From assembly GCA_963848295.1 (NCBI GenBank), contig CAWKDB010000010.1, positions 544,001 through 608,000 on the forward strand: a DNA stretch of 64,000 nucleotides, read 5' to 3'. Shown one piece after another: positions 40,107 through 53,494 of the stretch. The notes under the pieces were generated by a model. The model saw nothing but the letters and a program-made list of their open reading frames with translations, had not been told where the DNA came from and did not search any database. Each line of letters begins with the position of its first letter. Within the stretch, counting starts at the first letter, position 1. The translations under genes and the position numbers were made by a program. The stretch is from an uncultured delta proteobacterium (lineage in GTDB: Bacteria > Myxococcota_A > Polyangia > Haliangiales > Haliangiaceae).

Positions 40107-40293
40107 CTCGGTGGCGGCGCGACCGCTGCTTGAACGAGAACGCGCTCCGCGATGGGCCGCGGGTGGCCTCGGCGACGTGAAATCCGGAGCCCGACACGCG
40201 GTTACTGTACACAACGAACGGACGATTTTTCGGCGGCGTTTCCGTCGGAGATCGCGTTGAGAATCGGTCGGTTGCGGGCTATACAGACGGCCG

Positions 40294-42993
40294 ATGTCCG
40301 ACACGTTGTTGCCGCCGTCCAACATCACCCCGGTCTCGATCGAGACCGAGATGCGCAACTCGTTCATGGACTACGCCATGAGCGTGATCGTGGCGCGCGC
40401 CCTGCCCGACGCGCGCGACGGGCTGAAGCCGGTGCACCGGCGAATTCTCTACGCGCAGCGCGTGCTCAACAACACGTTCAACCGGCCGTACGTCAAGTGC
40501 GCGCGCGTCGTCGGCGACGTCATCGGCAAGTATCACCCGCACGGCGACGCCTCGGTCTACGACGCGCTCGTCCGCATGGCCCAAGACTTCTCGATGCGCT
40601 ACATGCTCGTCGATGGCCAGGGCAACTTCGGCTCGGTCGACGGTGATCCGCCGGCGGCGTATCGCTACACCGAGTGCCGGATGGCGAAGATCGCGGGCGA
40701 GATGCTCGCGGACATCGACAAAGAGACCGTCGATTGGCAGCCGAACTACGACGACAAAGAGCTCGAGCCGACGGTGCTCCCGAACCGCGTGCCGAACCTC
40801 CTGGTCAACGGCGCGACCGGCATCGCGGTCGGCATGGCGACGAACATCCCGCCGCACAACGTCGGCGAGATCATCGGCGGCGTGCTCGCGATGATCGCGA
40901 ATCCGCAGATCTCCGACGACGAGCTGCTAGCGATCGTCCCCGGCCCGGACTTTCCGACCGGCGGCGTGATCCAGGGCCGCGTCGGCATCATGTCCGCGTT
41001 CAAGACCGGGCGCGGCTCGATCTCGGTGCGCGGGGTCGCCCACACCGAGGAGATCCGCAAAGATCGCCAGGCGATCGTCGTGACCGAGCTGCCGTTCATG
41101 GTCAACAAGTCGCGGTGGATCGAGGCCTGCGCCGAGATGGTCCGCGACAAGAAGCTCGAGGGCATCTCCGATATTCGCGACGAAACGGCGCGCCAAGGCA
41201 TACGCGTCGTGTTCGAGCTCAAGCGCGATGCGTCCGACCAGGTCGTGCTCGCGAACTTGATGAAGTTCACGTCGCTGCAGTCGTCGTTCTCGATCAACAT
41301 GCTCGCGATCGTCGACGGCCGCCCGGTGTTGCTGTCGTTGCGCCGCGCGCTGCAAGTCTTTATCGAGCACCGCCGCGAGGTCGTCACGCGGCGGACGTTG
41401 TTCGATCTGCGCGAGGCGCGCAACCGGCGCGAGATCGTCGAGGGCTTGGGCCTCGCGGTGATCAACATCGATCGCGTGATCGAGATCATCCGCACGTCGA
41501 AGGACACCGACCAGGCCAAGGATCGGTTGATCGCCGAGCCGCTCGGCGGGCTCGGCGGATTCTTGGAGCGCGCGGGCCGCCCCGCCGATGAGGTCGCCGC
41601 CGCGAACGCGCGCAAGACCGTCACGCTGTCGGTCCGCCAGGCCCAGGCGATCCTCGAGATGCGGCTCGGCCGACTGACCGGCCTCGAGCGCGAAAAACTA
41701 GAAGCCGAATACAAAGAGCTGTGGGCGACCACCGACTACCTCGAAGGCCTGCTCGCCGACGACAAGAAGCTGATGGCGTGCATCGTCGACGAGCTCGACG
41801 CCGTGCGCACCGAGTTCGGCGACCAGCGCCGGACGAAGATCGTCGAAGCTGAAGGCGAGATCCTGACCGAGGAGCTGATCGACATCGAAGACATGGTCGT
41901 CACGCGCACCCGGCTCGGCTACATCAAGCGCACGAAGCTGCGCGAGTACCAGGCGCAAGGGCGCGGCGGCCGCGGGATCACCGGCGCGACGTCGACCGAG
42001 GGTGACTTCGTCGCCGACATGTTCGCGGCGTCGACCCACGATCACCTGCTGCTGTTCACCGACAAGGGCCGCGTCTATCACAAGAAGGTCTACGAGCTGC
42101 CCGAAGGTGCGCGCACCGCGAAGGGTCGCGCGATCGTCAACGTGCTCGCGCTGCAAGACGGCGAGCAAGTCGTGGCGATGCTGCCGTTCGCGGAGTTCGG
42201 CCCCGAGACGGAGACACCCGGTCCTGCGCCAGGGGGCGAGGCCGCCACGTTCGTGTTCTTCGCGACGCAATCGGGCACGGTCAAGAAGACCGAGCTGTCG
42301 GCGTTCGAGAACGTGCGCGAGTCGGGCATTCGCGCGATCACGATCGAAGACGGCGACCGCCTGGTCGGCGCGTCGCTCGTCACGAAAGCCGACGACGTCC
42401 TGCTGACCTCGGCCAAGGGCTTCGCGGTCCGGTTCACCGAGGAGCGGGTCCGCGCGATGGGTCGCAACGCGGCGGGCGTACGCGGCATCTCGCTGCGCGA
42501 CGGCGATCGCCTCGTCGGCATGTGCACGTTCGCGCGAGAGACCGACGCGACGCTGATCACGATGTGCGAGCGCGGCTATGGCAAGCGCACGTCGCTGAGC
42601 GATTACCCGACGAAGAATCGCGGTGGCAAGGGCGTCATCACGATCAAGACGACCGCGCGCAACGGCCACGTGTCCGGCGTGCGGATCGTGACCGAGGACG
42701 ATCACCTGATCCTGATCTCGGACCGCGGCAAGCTGATCCGGATCCGGGTCAAGGACATCCCGATCCAAGGCCGCGCGACCCAGGGCGTCCGGGTCATGCG
42801 CGTCGACGACGGCGAGCACGTCGCGGCGATCGAACGGCTCGCCGAGCCCGCCGACGAGAGCGGCATCGCCGAGGCCGCGCCGATCGAAGCGGTCGACGAC
42901 TCCGACACGATCCCGAACGAATCGCTCGAGGACGACGCCGAAGACGACGATGACGACGCCGCGCCCGACGACGATGCCGAGCCGGCGGAATAA
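40294..42993 (+). CDS. gyrA: DNA gyrase subunit A
   Basis: [22 protein letters not shown], GyrA-box QGRGGRG, acidic tail. Confidence 0.97.
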   Translation: MSDTLLPPSNITPVSIETEMRNSFMDYAMSVIVARALPDARDGLKPVHRRILYAQRVLNNTFNRPYVKCARVVGDVIGKYHPHGDASVYDALVRMAQDFSMRYMLVDGQGNFGSVDGDPPAAYRYTECRMAKIAGEMLADIDKETVDWQPNYDDKELEPTVLPNRVPNLLVNGATGIAVGMATNIPPHNVGEIIGGVLAMIANPQISDDELLAIVPGPDFPTGGVIQGRVGIMSAFKTGRGSISVRGVAHTEEIRKDRQAIVVTELPFMVNKSRWIEACAEMVRDKKLEGISDIRDETARQGIRVVFELKRDASDQVVLANLMKFTSLQSSFSINMLAIVDGRPVLLSLRRALQVFIEHRREVVTRRTLFDLREARNRREIVEGLGLAVINIDRVIEIIRTSKDTDQAKDRLIAEPLGGLGGFLERAGRPADEVAAANARKTVTLSVRQAQAILEMRLGRLTGLEREKLEAEYKELWATTDYLEGLLADDKKLMACIVDELDAVRTEFGDQRRTKIVEAEGEILTEELIDIEDMVVTRTRLGYIKRTKLREYQAQGRGGRGITGATSTEGDFVADMFAASTHDHLLLFTDKGRVYHKKVYELPEGARTAKGRAIVNVLALQDGEQVVAMLPFAEFGPETETPGPAPGGEAATFVFFATQSGTVKKTELSAFENVRESGIRAITIEDGDRLVGASLVTKADDVLLTSAKGFAVRFTEERVRAMGRNAAGVRGISLRDGDRLVGMCTFARETDATLITMCERGYGKRTSLSDYPTKNRGGKGVITIKTTARNGHVSGVRIVTEDDHLILISDRGKLIRIRVKDIPIQGRATQGVRVMRVDDGEHVAAIERLAEPADESGIAEAAPIEAVDDSDTIPNESLEDDAEDDDDDAAPDDDAEPAE

Positions 42994-42995
42994 TC

Positions 42996-44267
42996 GTGGC
43001 GATCAAGCGCAGCCAAGCGATCTTCGAACGCGCGAAGCGAGTCATCCCCGGCGGCGTCAACTCGCCGGTGCGCGCGTGCCGCGCGGTCGGCGCCGACCCC
43101 GTGTTCGTCGCGCAAGGCGATGGCTCGACGATCACCGACGTCGACGGCAACAACTACATCGACCTGATCGGCAGCTGGGGTCCGCTGATCCTCGGCCACA
43201 GCCATCCCGAGATCCTCGACGCGATCCGCGAGGCGATGGGCTCGGGCACGACGTTCGGTGCGCCGACCGAGATCGAGGTCGAGTTCGCCGAGACCCTGCG
43301 CGCCGCGTATCCGTCGATGCAGATGGTGCGCGCGGTGTCGTCCGGCACCGAAGCGACGATGAGCGCGCTGCGGCTCGCGCGCGGGTTCACCGGCCGTGTG
43401 AAGATCATCAAAGCCGACGGCGGCTATCACGGTCACGCCGATTGCTTGCTCGTCGCCGCCGGCTCCGGCGCCGCGACGCTCGGCATCCCGGGCTCGGCCG
43501 GCGTGCCCGAAGGCGCCGCCCGAGACACGATCGTCGTGCCGTACAACGACCTGCCGTCGGTCGAACGCGCGCTCGCCGGCGGAGACGTCGCCGCGATCAT
43601 CATCGAGCCGGTCGCCGGCAACATGGGCCTCGTCGTCCCGGCCGTGGGCTACCTCGACGGCCTGCGCGCGCTGTGCACCCAGCACGGCACGCTGCTGATC
43701 TTCGACGAGGTCATGACCGGGTTCCGGGTCGCGTTCGGCGGTGCCCAGCAGCTCTACGGGATCACTCCCGACCTCACGACGATCGGCAAGGTCATCGGCG
43801 GCGGCTTGCCTGCCGCGGCGTTCGGCGGGCGCGCCGACATCATGCAGAAGCTCGCGCCGCTCGGCTCGGTCTATCAGGCCGGCACGCTCAGCGGCAACCC
43901 GCTCGCGATGACCGCCGGCAAGAAGGCGATGGAGCTGCTCGCCCGGCCGCGCACCTACGAGCGCCTCGAGCAGCTCGGCGCCCGGCTCGGCGACGGGCTC
44001 GCGGCCGCCGCGCGCGATGCAAAGGTCCCCGCCGTCGTCAATCGGGTCGGCTCGATGCTGACCCTGTTCTTCGCCAAGGGCCCGATCACCGACTACGCGA
44101 GCGCGAAGACCTCCGACGCCGCTCGGTTCGCGACGTTCTTCCGCGGCATGCGGGATCGCGGGGTATTCCTGCCGCCTTCGCAGTTCGAGGCGATGTTCGT
44201 CTCGCTCGCCCACACCGACGACGAGATCGATCAGGTGATCGCCGCGGCGCGCGCTGCGCTCGTTTGA
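42996..44267 (+). CDS. hemL: Glutamate-1-semialdehyde 2,1-aminomutase
   Basis: PGGVNSPVRA, FDEVMTGFR, GKVIGGGLP, YQAGTLSGNP. Confidence 0.96.
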   Translation: MAIKRSQAIFERAKRVIPGGVNSPVRACRAVGADPVFVAQGDGSTITDVDGNNYIDLIGSWGPLILGHSHPEILDAIREAMGSGTTFGAPTEIEVEFAETLRAAYPSMQMVRAVSSGTEATMSALRLARGFTGRVKIIKADGGYHGHADCLLVAAGSGAATLGIPGSAGVPEGAARDTIVVPYNDLPSVERALAGGDVAAIIIEPVAGNMGLVVPAVGYLDGLRALCTQHGTLLIFDEVMTGFRVAFGGAQQLYGITPDLTTIGKVIGGGLPAAAFGGRADIMQKLAPLGSVYQAGTLSGNPLAMTAGKKAMELLARPRTYERLEQLGARLGDGLAAAARDAKVPAVVNRVGSMLTLFFAKGPITDYASAKTSDAARFATFFRGMRDRGVFLPPSQFEAMFVSLAHTDDEIDQVIAAARAALV

Positions 44268-44382
44268 TCGACCGCACCGCCCTCGCCGGCGTCAGGCGGC
44301 CGGCGCCGTCGATTGACGCTGCAATTCGGGCGTGTTACGCACGCGCCCACTCGTGACGGCGACCCCTTCCCATCGCGGCGAA

Positions 44383-44670
44383 ATGTCGCAGGTTTCATTC
44401 TTGGGAGCCCCGCATCAAAACGACGTGCCCGGTACGAGCCAAGACCCGGCGAGCAAGCGCACGAAGGGCCTGTACCGCGCCCTCGGCGCGAGCTCGGTCG
44501 GCTTGGAGTTCGGCGTCGCGGTCGTGATCGGCGCGCTGTTCGGCAACTGGCTCGACGGCCGGTTCGGCACCGCGCCGTGGCTGCTGATCGCGTTCACGAT
44601 CATCGGCTTCGTCGCCGGGCTGCGCGCGGTGTTGCGCGCGGTCGCCCGGATGAATCGCGGTGCCGAGTGA
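44383..44670 (+). CDS. AtpZ/AtpI family protein
   Basis: GNWLDGRFGTAPW between two TM segments. First gene of the atp cluster. Confidence 0.8.
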   Translation: MSQVSFLGAPHQNDVPGTSQDPASKRTKGLYRALGASSVGLEFGVAVVIGALFGNWLDGRFGTAPWLLIAFTIIGFVAGLRAVLRAVARMNRGAE

Positions 44671-45065
44671 CGGCCCCGAGCATCGCGCGCATCGAGCGGT
44701 TGAACTACGTGATCGGCGGCATCGTGGTGCTCGTCGCCGCGCTGACCCAGCCGCGAGCGGTCGGGCTCGGCGTCGCGGTCGGCGTCGCGTTGACCTGCCT
44801 CAACTTCTTCGTGCTGCGCCGGCTCGTCGTCAAGTGGCTCGCCGATGCCGCCTCCGGCAAGAGCACCGCCGCGCCGTTGCTGATGATGCCGAAGATGATC
44901 TTGCTGATGGGAGCGGTCGTCGCATCGATCGCGTTCCTGCCGATCGATGCGATCGCGTTCATCGTCGGCTATTCGATCTTTATCCTCTCGATCATGATCG
45001 AGACGTTGTCCAGCATGATGCGTACGCCGCCGAGCGCTGCTTCGACCGAGGAAGACCATGGGTGA
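44667..45065 (+). CDS. atpI: ATP synthase subunit I
   Basis: Four TM segments, directly upstream of atpB. Confidence 0.75.
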   Translation: MTAPSIARIERLNYVIGGIVVLVAALTQPRAVGLGVAVGVALTCLNFFVLRRLVVKWLADAASGKSTAAPLLMMPKMILLMGAVVASIAFLPIDAIAFIVGYSIFILSIMIETLSSMMRTPPSAASTEEDHG

Positions 45066-45835
45066 ACACGGCACCTGGTTCGATTACTTGAACCGGTTCT
45101 CGTGGTGGCACGACGCCAGCGCGAGTCTCCAACATCTACTCGGCCGCTCCGGCGACGCCCCGATCATCGGGCGGAGCGAGTGGTCGCTCACTCACGTCCT
45201 CGCCACGATCCTCGTGCTGATGTTCGTCATCTGGGGCAGCGTGGCGTTCTTCCGCGGCACGAAAACGGCGGACCAGGGGCTCGTGCCGCCGCGCAAGATG
45301 GACCTACGGAACTTCTTCGAGTACATCGCGGAGAGCGTCTACGGCATGGTCGAGGGTGCGATCGGCAAGGACGAACGCCGCGCGGTTCTTCCCGCTGATC
45401 GGTGCGCTGTTTCTGTTCATCTTGTTCGCCAACTTGATAGGGCTCATCCCGGGCTTCATCTCGCCCGACGACACGCTCAAGACCAACGTCGGCCTCGCGC
45501 TGATGGTGTTCGTGCTGACCCACTTCTACGGCTTCAAGGAGCACGGGATCGGCTACCTCAAACACTTCCTCGGTCCGTCGCTGTGGCTCGCGCCGCTGAT
45601 GCTGCCGATCGAGCTGGTCAGCCACCTCGCCCGCCCGGTGTCGCTGTCGGTGCGGTTGATGGGCAACATGCTCGCCGACCACAAGGTCGTGTTCGCGTTC
45701 TTCGCGCTGATCCCGCTGGTCGTGCCGCTACCGTTCATGCTGCTCGGCCTGCTCGTCTGCTTCATCCAAGCGCTCGTGTTCTGCACGCTGACGATGGTTT
45801 ATCTGTCGATGGCGGTGTCACACGCCGAGCACTGA
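45058..45835 (+). CDS. atpB: ATP synthase Fo subunit a (frameshift near 45370, probably a sequence error)
   Basis: RNFFEYIAE in one frame, then NLIGLIPG, RPVSLSVRLMGNM and IQALVF in another. Confidence 0.9.
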
Positions 45836-45907
45836 AATCGCACCTTCCTCGCTTTACCCAGCATCCAAACCACGTTAAATAACCGCCGCGCGACCAAGGA
45901 GAGCTCC

Positions 45908-46261
45908 ATGAACCGCACCATCAAGTTCCTCGCACCCATCGTCACCGTGCTCGTCATCCTCGGTATCTCGTCCCTCGCGTTCGCGCAGGGTGCGGATGCC
46001 GCGGTGGTCAAGCAGCAAGGTCTGGCCTCGAACTACGGTCTGATCGCGATGGGCGCCGGCCTCGCGATCGGGCTCGCAGCACTCGGTGGTGGCATCGGCC
46101 AGGGCCGCGCCGCCGGTGCCGCGCTCGACGGCATCGCTCGCAACCCGGCCGCCGCGAGCAAGATCAGCGGCCCGATGATCCTCGGCCTCGCGCTGATCGA
46201 GTCGCTCGTGATCTACGCGCTCATCATCGCGTTCATCCTGTCGGGCAAAGTCGGCGGCTAA
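45908..46261 (+). CDS. atpE: ATP synthase Fo subunit c
   Basis: [23 protein letters not shown]. Confidence 0.95.
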   Translation: MNRTIKFLAPIVTVLVILGISSLAFAQGADAAVVKQQGLASNYGLIAMGAGLAIGLAALGGGIGQGRAAGAALDGIARNPAAASKISGPMILGLALIESLVIYALIIAFILSGKVGG

Positions 46262-46288
46262 CCGAGCTCGGCGCGCGACGTGGAAGTG

Positions 46289-46314
46289 AAGCGGCCCGCC
46301 TCGGGCCGTTTTGC
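46289..46314 (+). terminator. Probable intrinsic terminator after atpE
   Basis: Hairpin CGGCCC-GCCTC-GGGCCG followed by TTTT. Confidence 0.6.
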
Positions 46315-46347
46315 GTTTTCGGAGGGTGTGTGGGACGCTTCTCCGAG

Positions 46348-46851
<504 letters not shown>

Positions 46852-47394
46852 ATGAAGCTCGCGGCGTGTGCGCTCGTACTCGCAGCATCTGCCGCGTCGG
46901 CAGAGCCGCTGCCGCCCGGTTCGCTCAGCCTCGCCGGCGGCATGTTCAGCGGCACCGGCGCCGACGCTGACCCGCTCGGCTTCGGCTATCGCATCGGCGC
47001 GATGGCGGCGTGGCAACCGATCAGCACCGAGCGGCGTTGGGGCTGGGCGGTGCGGTGGTCGACGCTGTTCGGTCGGATGTGGGACGCGAGCGCGGCGAAG
47101 GTGTCGTCGGGCCTGCTGACCGTCGACATGGATCTCACCGTCGGCCTGCGGTTCCGGCCGTGGTCGACGCCGACCCGCTACCTGACCGCGCGACTCGGCG
47201 GCATGTTGCTGCGGGCCAACGAACCGATCCCGCCGAAGGAGCAACGCGCATTTCTCGGCGGCGTGGGAAGCGTCGGGCTCGATCAATACATCGGCGGCGT
47301 CGCGATGCTCAATGTCGACGTTCGCTACGGGTTGCTCGGCGGCGGGCCCGAAGGCGTCGCGTTGATCATCGGCATCGGGGTCGTCGGGCCGTGA
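46852..47394 (+). CDS. Exported protein, probable small outer-membrane beta-barrel
   Basis: Signal peptide and alternating amphipathic beta-strand pattern. Confidence 0.55.
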   Translation: MKLAACALVLAASAASAEPLPPGSLSLAGGMFSGTGADADPLGFGYRIGAMAAWQPISTERRWGWAVRWSTLFGRMWDASAAKVSSGLLTVDMDLTVGLRFRPWSTPTRYLTARLGGMLLRANEPIPPKEQRAFLGGVGSVGLDQYIGGVAMLNVDVRYGLLGGGPEGVALIIGIGVVGP

Positions 47395-47413
47395 TCCCGC
47401 GGAGCTACGCGTA

Positions 47414-47935
47414 ATGCCCGAGCTCGTCACCGCGCGGTGTCGGCTCGTCCGGATCACGCTCGCCGCGGTCGAAGCGGTGTTGCGCCACGACCGAGCCGCT
47501 GCCGAAGCCGCGATCGGCGCCGCGTTCCCCGACGCCTGGCCGAACGACGATCTCGTCGCGCGCGCGTTCCCGGTCTCGCTCGACGCGATCCGCGCCGACC
47601 CCGAGGTGCGGCTGTGGGGTGATTCGATGGTGCTCGTTCGTGACGAGCCGCGCGTCGTAGGCAGCATCGTATTCCACGGCTTCCCCGCCGACGGCATCGC
47701 CGAGGTCGCGTACGGCATCGAGGAGGGCTCGCGCCGCCAGGGGCTCGCGGCCGAAGCCACGCTCGCGTGCGTCGAGTGGGCGCTCGCACAACCCGGGATT
47801 CGCGCGGTGCAAGCGACGACGTTTCCCTGGCACGAAGCGTCGCTCGGCGTGATTCGCAAGGTCGGCATGACGCCGGCCGGGACGCGGACGCACGACGTTC
47901 TCGGCGAGCTGCTCGTGTTCGAGCGCCGGAGCTGA
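47414..47935 (+). CDS. GNAT N-acetyltransferase, RimJ/RimL-like
   Basis: EVAYGI...RRQGLAAEA, ASLGVIRKVGM. Confidence 0.85.
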   Translation: MPELVTARCRLVRITLAAVEAVLRHDRAAAEAAIGAAFPDAWPNDDLVARAFPVSLDAIRADPEVRLWGDSMVLVRDEPRVVGSIVFHGFPADGIAEVAYGIEEGSRRQGLAAEATLACVEWALAQPGIRAVQATTFPWHEASLGVIRKVGMTPAGTRTHDVLGELLVFERRS

Positions 47936-47951
47936 GACCGGGCCGTGACAG

Positions 47952-49073
47952 CTATCGGCGACGGCGGCGCAGCACGACGCCGCCGACCAGCAGCAGGCCG
48001 AGCATCGCGGTGGGTGCGCCCCGCCCGCTCGAATCGCAGCAACCGCCCGAGCTCTCGCTCACGAGGCACGCCCCGTTGCCGCCGCCGACGTCGACGCAGT
48101 CGAAGTCTTTCGGGCACTGGTCGGAGCCGGCCGGCATGCACATCATCGTGCAGATGGCGCCGCTGCCGGGGTTCTGGCACTCGTTCGAATCGCAATCGCC
48201 GTTCTTGGTGCACATCTCACCGAGCCCGCCGGGTGTGAACGGCTTGACGATGCACGCCTGGTTGAAACAGATGTCGGTGCTATCGCAATCCGAGTCCGTC
48301 GTGCAGGTCGTCTGCAACATGACGTTCGAGAGGATGAACGCGGCCTCGGCGTCGACGCGCGTATCGGCGCCGAGCGTCGCGCAGTTCTGATCGCCGAACG
48401 ACGTGATGCCGACCTCGAGCGTCTTGCCGCCGATCATCGCGAACGACGGGCCGCCCGAGTCACCTTCGCACTTGCCCTTGCCGTTGCTCTGGTCGTAGCA
48501 GAGCAAGTTCGCATTGCCGCCCGGCACGTCGGCCTCGCACGACACGACCGTCTGCTGCACGACGTTCTCGACGCCGACGCTGTTGCCGTCACCGGCGGTG
48601 CTCTCGCCGAAGCCGACTTGGGTGACGACCGTGCCGATCGGCGCGTCGGTCGCGGTGAAGTTGAGCTTGACCGGCGTGATCGTCGTCATCGGCGTGGTCA
48701 GCTTGATCAGGCCCGCGTCGTGCGAGCCGCTCGTGACGTACATCGGATCGGGGATCGTGGCCGATGCGGTGACGACCGTGCCGAGGCCGCGGGTGATGTC
48801 GACGGTGTTGAAGTAGACCATCACGCTCGCGGTGAGCGCGGCTTGCGTCGACACGTTGACATCGGATGGCGTGACGCAGTGGCCGGCGGTGAGGATCCAC
48901 GACGGATCGATCAGCGTGCCGGTGCACAGGCCATCGCCGACGACGACCGCGACGACCGCGGGGTACTCGCCGACCGTGGCCTTGGTGCCGCCGAGGATCG
49001 GATCCGCAATGCCGTCGGCGAACGCCGCCGGAGCCACCGCGACGAACGCGAGAACGACGAGCCACCTGCGCAT
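47952..49073 (-). CDS. Trypsin-like serine protease with MYXO-CTERM-like anchor
   Basis: TAGHC, HDAGL, GDSGGP. C-terminal GGCC, TM segment and RRRRR. Confidence 0.9.
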   Translation of the reverse strand: MRRWLVVLAFVAVAPAAFADGIADPILGGTKATVGEYPAVVAVVVGDGLCTGTLIDPSWILTAGHCVTPSDVNVSTQAALTASVMVYFNTVDITRGLGTVVTASATIPDPMYVTSGSHDAGLIKLTTPMTTITPVKLNFTATDAPIGTVVTQVGFGESTAGDGNSVGVENVVQQTVVSCEADVPGGNANLLCYDQSNGKGKCEGDSGGPSFAMIGGKTLEVGITSFGDQNCATLGADTRVDAEAAFILSNVMLQTTCTTDSDCDSTDICFNQACIVKPFTPGGLGEMCTKNGDCDSNECQNPGSGAICTMMCMPAGSDQCPKDFDCVDVGGGNGACLVSESSGGCCDSSGRGAPTAMLGLLLVGGVVLRRRRR

Positions 49074-49113
49074 CTAGCGAGCATCGACGAGCCGGGCGCG
49101 CAGCGCAAGGGAA

Positions 49114-49586
49114 CTATGCGGACCGCCGCCGCTGCCACTTCCCGGACTTGCCACCGCGCTTCTCGTCGAGTCGGATCGCCGAGATCACGATGCCGCGGTC
49201 GACCGCTTTGCACATGTCGTACACGGTCAGCGCCGCGCCCGCGACCGCCGCGAGCGCCTCCATCTCGACCCCGCTGCGGTCGAACGCCGAGACCTTCGCC
49301 GTGATCCGGACAACATTGCGCACGACCCGGAGCGCGACCTCGACCCCGGTCAGCCGGATCGGATGGCACAGCGGCACGAGCTCGGGCGTGCGCTTCGCGG
49401 CCTGGATCCCGGCGAGGCGCGCGACCGCGAGCACGTCGCCTTTGCCGAGCGCGCCCTTGCGAATCGCTCGCGCGGTGGCCGGCTCGACCACGACCTCGCC
49501 GCTCGCGATCGCGGTGCGAGCCGTCTCGGGCTTCGCGCTGACGTCGACGACGTGTGCGTCGCCCGCACGCGTGAAGTGCGTCAGCT

Positions 49587-49590
<4 letters not shown>
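49114..49590 (-). CDS. moaC: Cyclic pyranopterin monophosphate synthase
   Basis: LTHF...VDVSAK, LVPLCHP, GVEMEAL, YDMCKAVD, KRGGKSG. Confidence 0.95.
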
Positions 49591-51416
<1,826 letters not shown>

Positions 51417-51422
51417 GGCGGG

Positions 51423-51632
51423 CTACTTCGTCGCGCTGCCACTGCCGGCGGCCGGCGCCGCGCTGCCTGCATCAGGCGCATCGTCTTCGTCGATCCCGGT
51501 GATGTCGCTGATGTCCGGGGCCTTGTACTGCACGAGCGGCGAATCGACCGGCAACCTGCCGCCCGAGCCATGACCGCAGGCCGCGAGCGCAGTGGACGCG
51601 AGGATGGCAAGGAACAAGGCGCGGATCGTCAT
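51423..51632 (-). CDS. Small lipoprotein
   Basis: Lipobox LAACG, 69 aa, ends just upstream of glmS. Confidence 0.6.
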   Translation of the reverse strand: MTIRALFLAILASTALAACGHGSGGRLPVDSPLVQYKAPDISDITGIDEDDAPDAGSAAPAAGSGSATK

Positions 51633-52209
51633 CACCGAGGACGCTACCATCTTTTTCCGCCGGTTGTGGCACGCTCGCCGCGTGCTCTTGCGCGTGACCA
51701 GAGGCGCGATCCGCGACGGCGCGATCCGCGATGCCGTCGTGCGAGCGCACGCCATCACCGGCGGCGGCGATGGCGCCGAGCTCGCGTTCGCCTTCGCCGG
51801 CAACGTCGCCCGGCCCGAGCCGCTCGCCTCGGGGGAGCTCCGCCGCCAGCTCGGCCTCAAGCTGCGCGCCGCGAACACGTGCAACGTGATCTACGTGATG
51901 TGGCCAGTCGCCGGCGCGCGGCTCGCGGTCTCGGTCAAGCGCAACCCCGGAGCGCGCACCCACGCCGACTGTGGCGCGCGTGGCTACACCGACGTCGCCG
52001 CCGCCTGGGCCAAGCCGCCCCCGCCGCTCGTGATCGGCGCGCGCCACGTGCTCGTCGCCGAGCTGATCGGCGACGAGCTGACCGCGGCGATCGACGGCGA
52101 GATGGTCTGGCGCGGTGCGCTGCCCGCGCTCGCCCGCGACCTCGTAGGGCCGATCGGCCTGCGCACCGACAACGTGATGCTCGACGCGATCGAGCTCGCG
52201 GCTCGGTAG
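51592..52209 (+). CDS. Hypothetical protein (start uncertain, probably further downstream)
   Basis: Coding-like region GLKLRAANTCNVIYVMW...VSVKRNPG...CGARGY. Confidence 0.5.
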   Translation: MDARMARNKARIVITEDATIFFRRLWHARRVLLRVTRGAIRDGAIRDAVVRAHAITGGGDGAELAFAFAGNVARPEPLASGELRRQLGLKLRAANTCNVIYVMWPVAGARLAVSVKRNPGARTHADCGARGYTDVAAAWAKPPPPLVIGARHVLVAELIGDELTAAIDGEMVWRGALPALARDLVGPIGLRTDNVMLDAIELAAR

Positions 52210-52237
52210 CTCCTCTCCGGCCTGGTAGGCTTGGTAC

Positions 52238-53137
52238 ATGGGCGGACCCGTCGTGCCGAGTCAGGAACGGTTGTTGGCGATCATCGAGCTCCAGAACGCG
52301 CTCGCAGCCGCGGCGCTGACGACCGAGGAGGTCATGCAGCTCGTCGCCGAACGCGCGGCGCAGCTGGTGACCGCGACGGGCGCGCTGGTCGAGCTCGTCG
52401 ATGGCGACGACATGGTGTGCCGCGCGGCCGCGGGCTCGAGCCGCCAGGTCGGCCTGAGGCGCTCGCAGAAGTCGGTGTTGTCCGGCCGGTGCGTCGCCGA
52501 GCGAAAGCCGGTGCGCTCCGGCGACGGCGCGGCGATCTGCGTGCCGTTCTTCCACGGCGAGTACGTGGTCGGCGCGATGACCGCGGTCGGCGCGCCGAAG
52601 ACCGCGTTCACCGACGCGGACACCGAAACGCTGAACCTGCTCGCGAAGATCATCGCGATCCCGCTCCACCGCACGCGCAGCTTTCCGCGCCCGCGCAAGG
52701 ACAATACGCACGACCCGCTCACCGGGTTGTTGAATCGCCGCGCGTTCGACGAGCGGCTCACGGTCGAGGTCGCGCGCCACAAGCGCTACGACCAGTCATT
52801 CAGCTTGACCGTGGTCGATCTCGATGGCTTCAACACCGCCGCCGACAGGCTCGGCGAGGCCGCGTGCGACGAGCTGCTGCGCACGATCGGCGCGATCTTG
52901 ACGAAGAGCGTGCGCGTGATGGACGCGTGCTTCCGGCTCGGCGGCGCCGAGTTCGCGATCATCATGCCGGGCACCTCGATCGAAGGCGCGAACGTGCTCG
53001 CGGAGCGCTGCCGCAGCCAGATGACCGACGCGAACCTCGATGGCGTGACCGCCCGGCTCGGCGTGATCGAGGCCGGCGAGGACTCGGTCGAGCAGCTCGT
53101 CGAGCGCGCGGACGCGGCCTTGAAGGCGGACCGATAG
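52238..53137 (+). CDS. GAF-GGDEF domain protein
   Basis: HDPLTGLLNRRAF, DLDGF, RLGGAEF. Confidence 0.85.
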   Translation: MGGPVVPSQERLLAIIELQNALAAAALTTEEVMQLVAERAAQLVTATGALVELVDGDDMVCRAAAGSSRQVGLRRSQKSVLSGRCVAERKPVRSGDGAAICVPFFHGEYVVGAMTAVGAPKTAFTDADTETLNLLAKIIAIPLHRTRSFPRPRKDNTHDPLTGLLNRRAFDERLTVEVARHKRYDQSFSLTVVDLDGFNTAADRLGEAACDELLRTIGAILTKSVRVMDACFRLGGAEFAIIMPGTSIEGANVLAERCRSQMTDANLDGVTARLGVIEAGEDSVEQLVERADAALKADR

Positions 53138-53176
53138 TCACTCCGGCCGCCCCGCGCGACTTCCGCAACCCCGTGC

Positions 53177-53205
53177 TTGACACCCACTGGCCGCGCCGCT
53201 AGAAA
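53177..53205 (+). promoter_or_regulatory. Sigma70-like promoter of tRNA-Gly
   Basis: TTGACA-N17-TAGAAA, 14 nt before the tRNA. Confidence 0.6.
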
Positions 53206-53219
53206 AGTGCCCTGCCATT

Positions 53220-53291
<72 letters not shown>

Positions 53292-53494
53292 CGACTTAAC
53301 CAGATGACTTCGTTACGGATTCAGTCTCGGAGACCTCGCTTGGGCCCACTTTGGGCCCACCGCTCCGACCGCTAAGCATCGCGAGAATTCTCGCGGTCGG
53401 ATCGACCTCTTTCATTCCCGCGGACACGAGCTCCGGTGACGCGATAGAAGATAGTGATCGCGAGGCAATCGGCGCTGATCCCGACGATCGGGCG

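Noticed and set aside
44383..46261. Absence of F1 and b-subunit genes from the atp cluster
   Set aside because: Split atp operons are common in this group of bacteria and are not novel.
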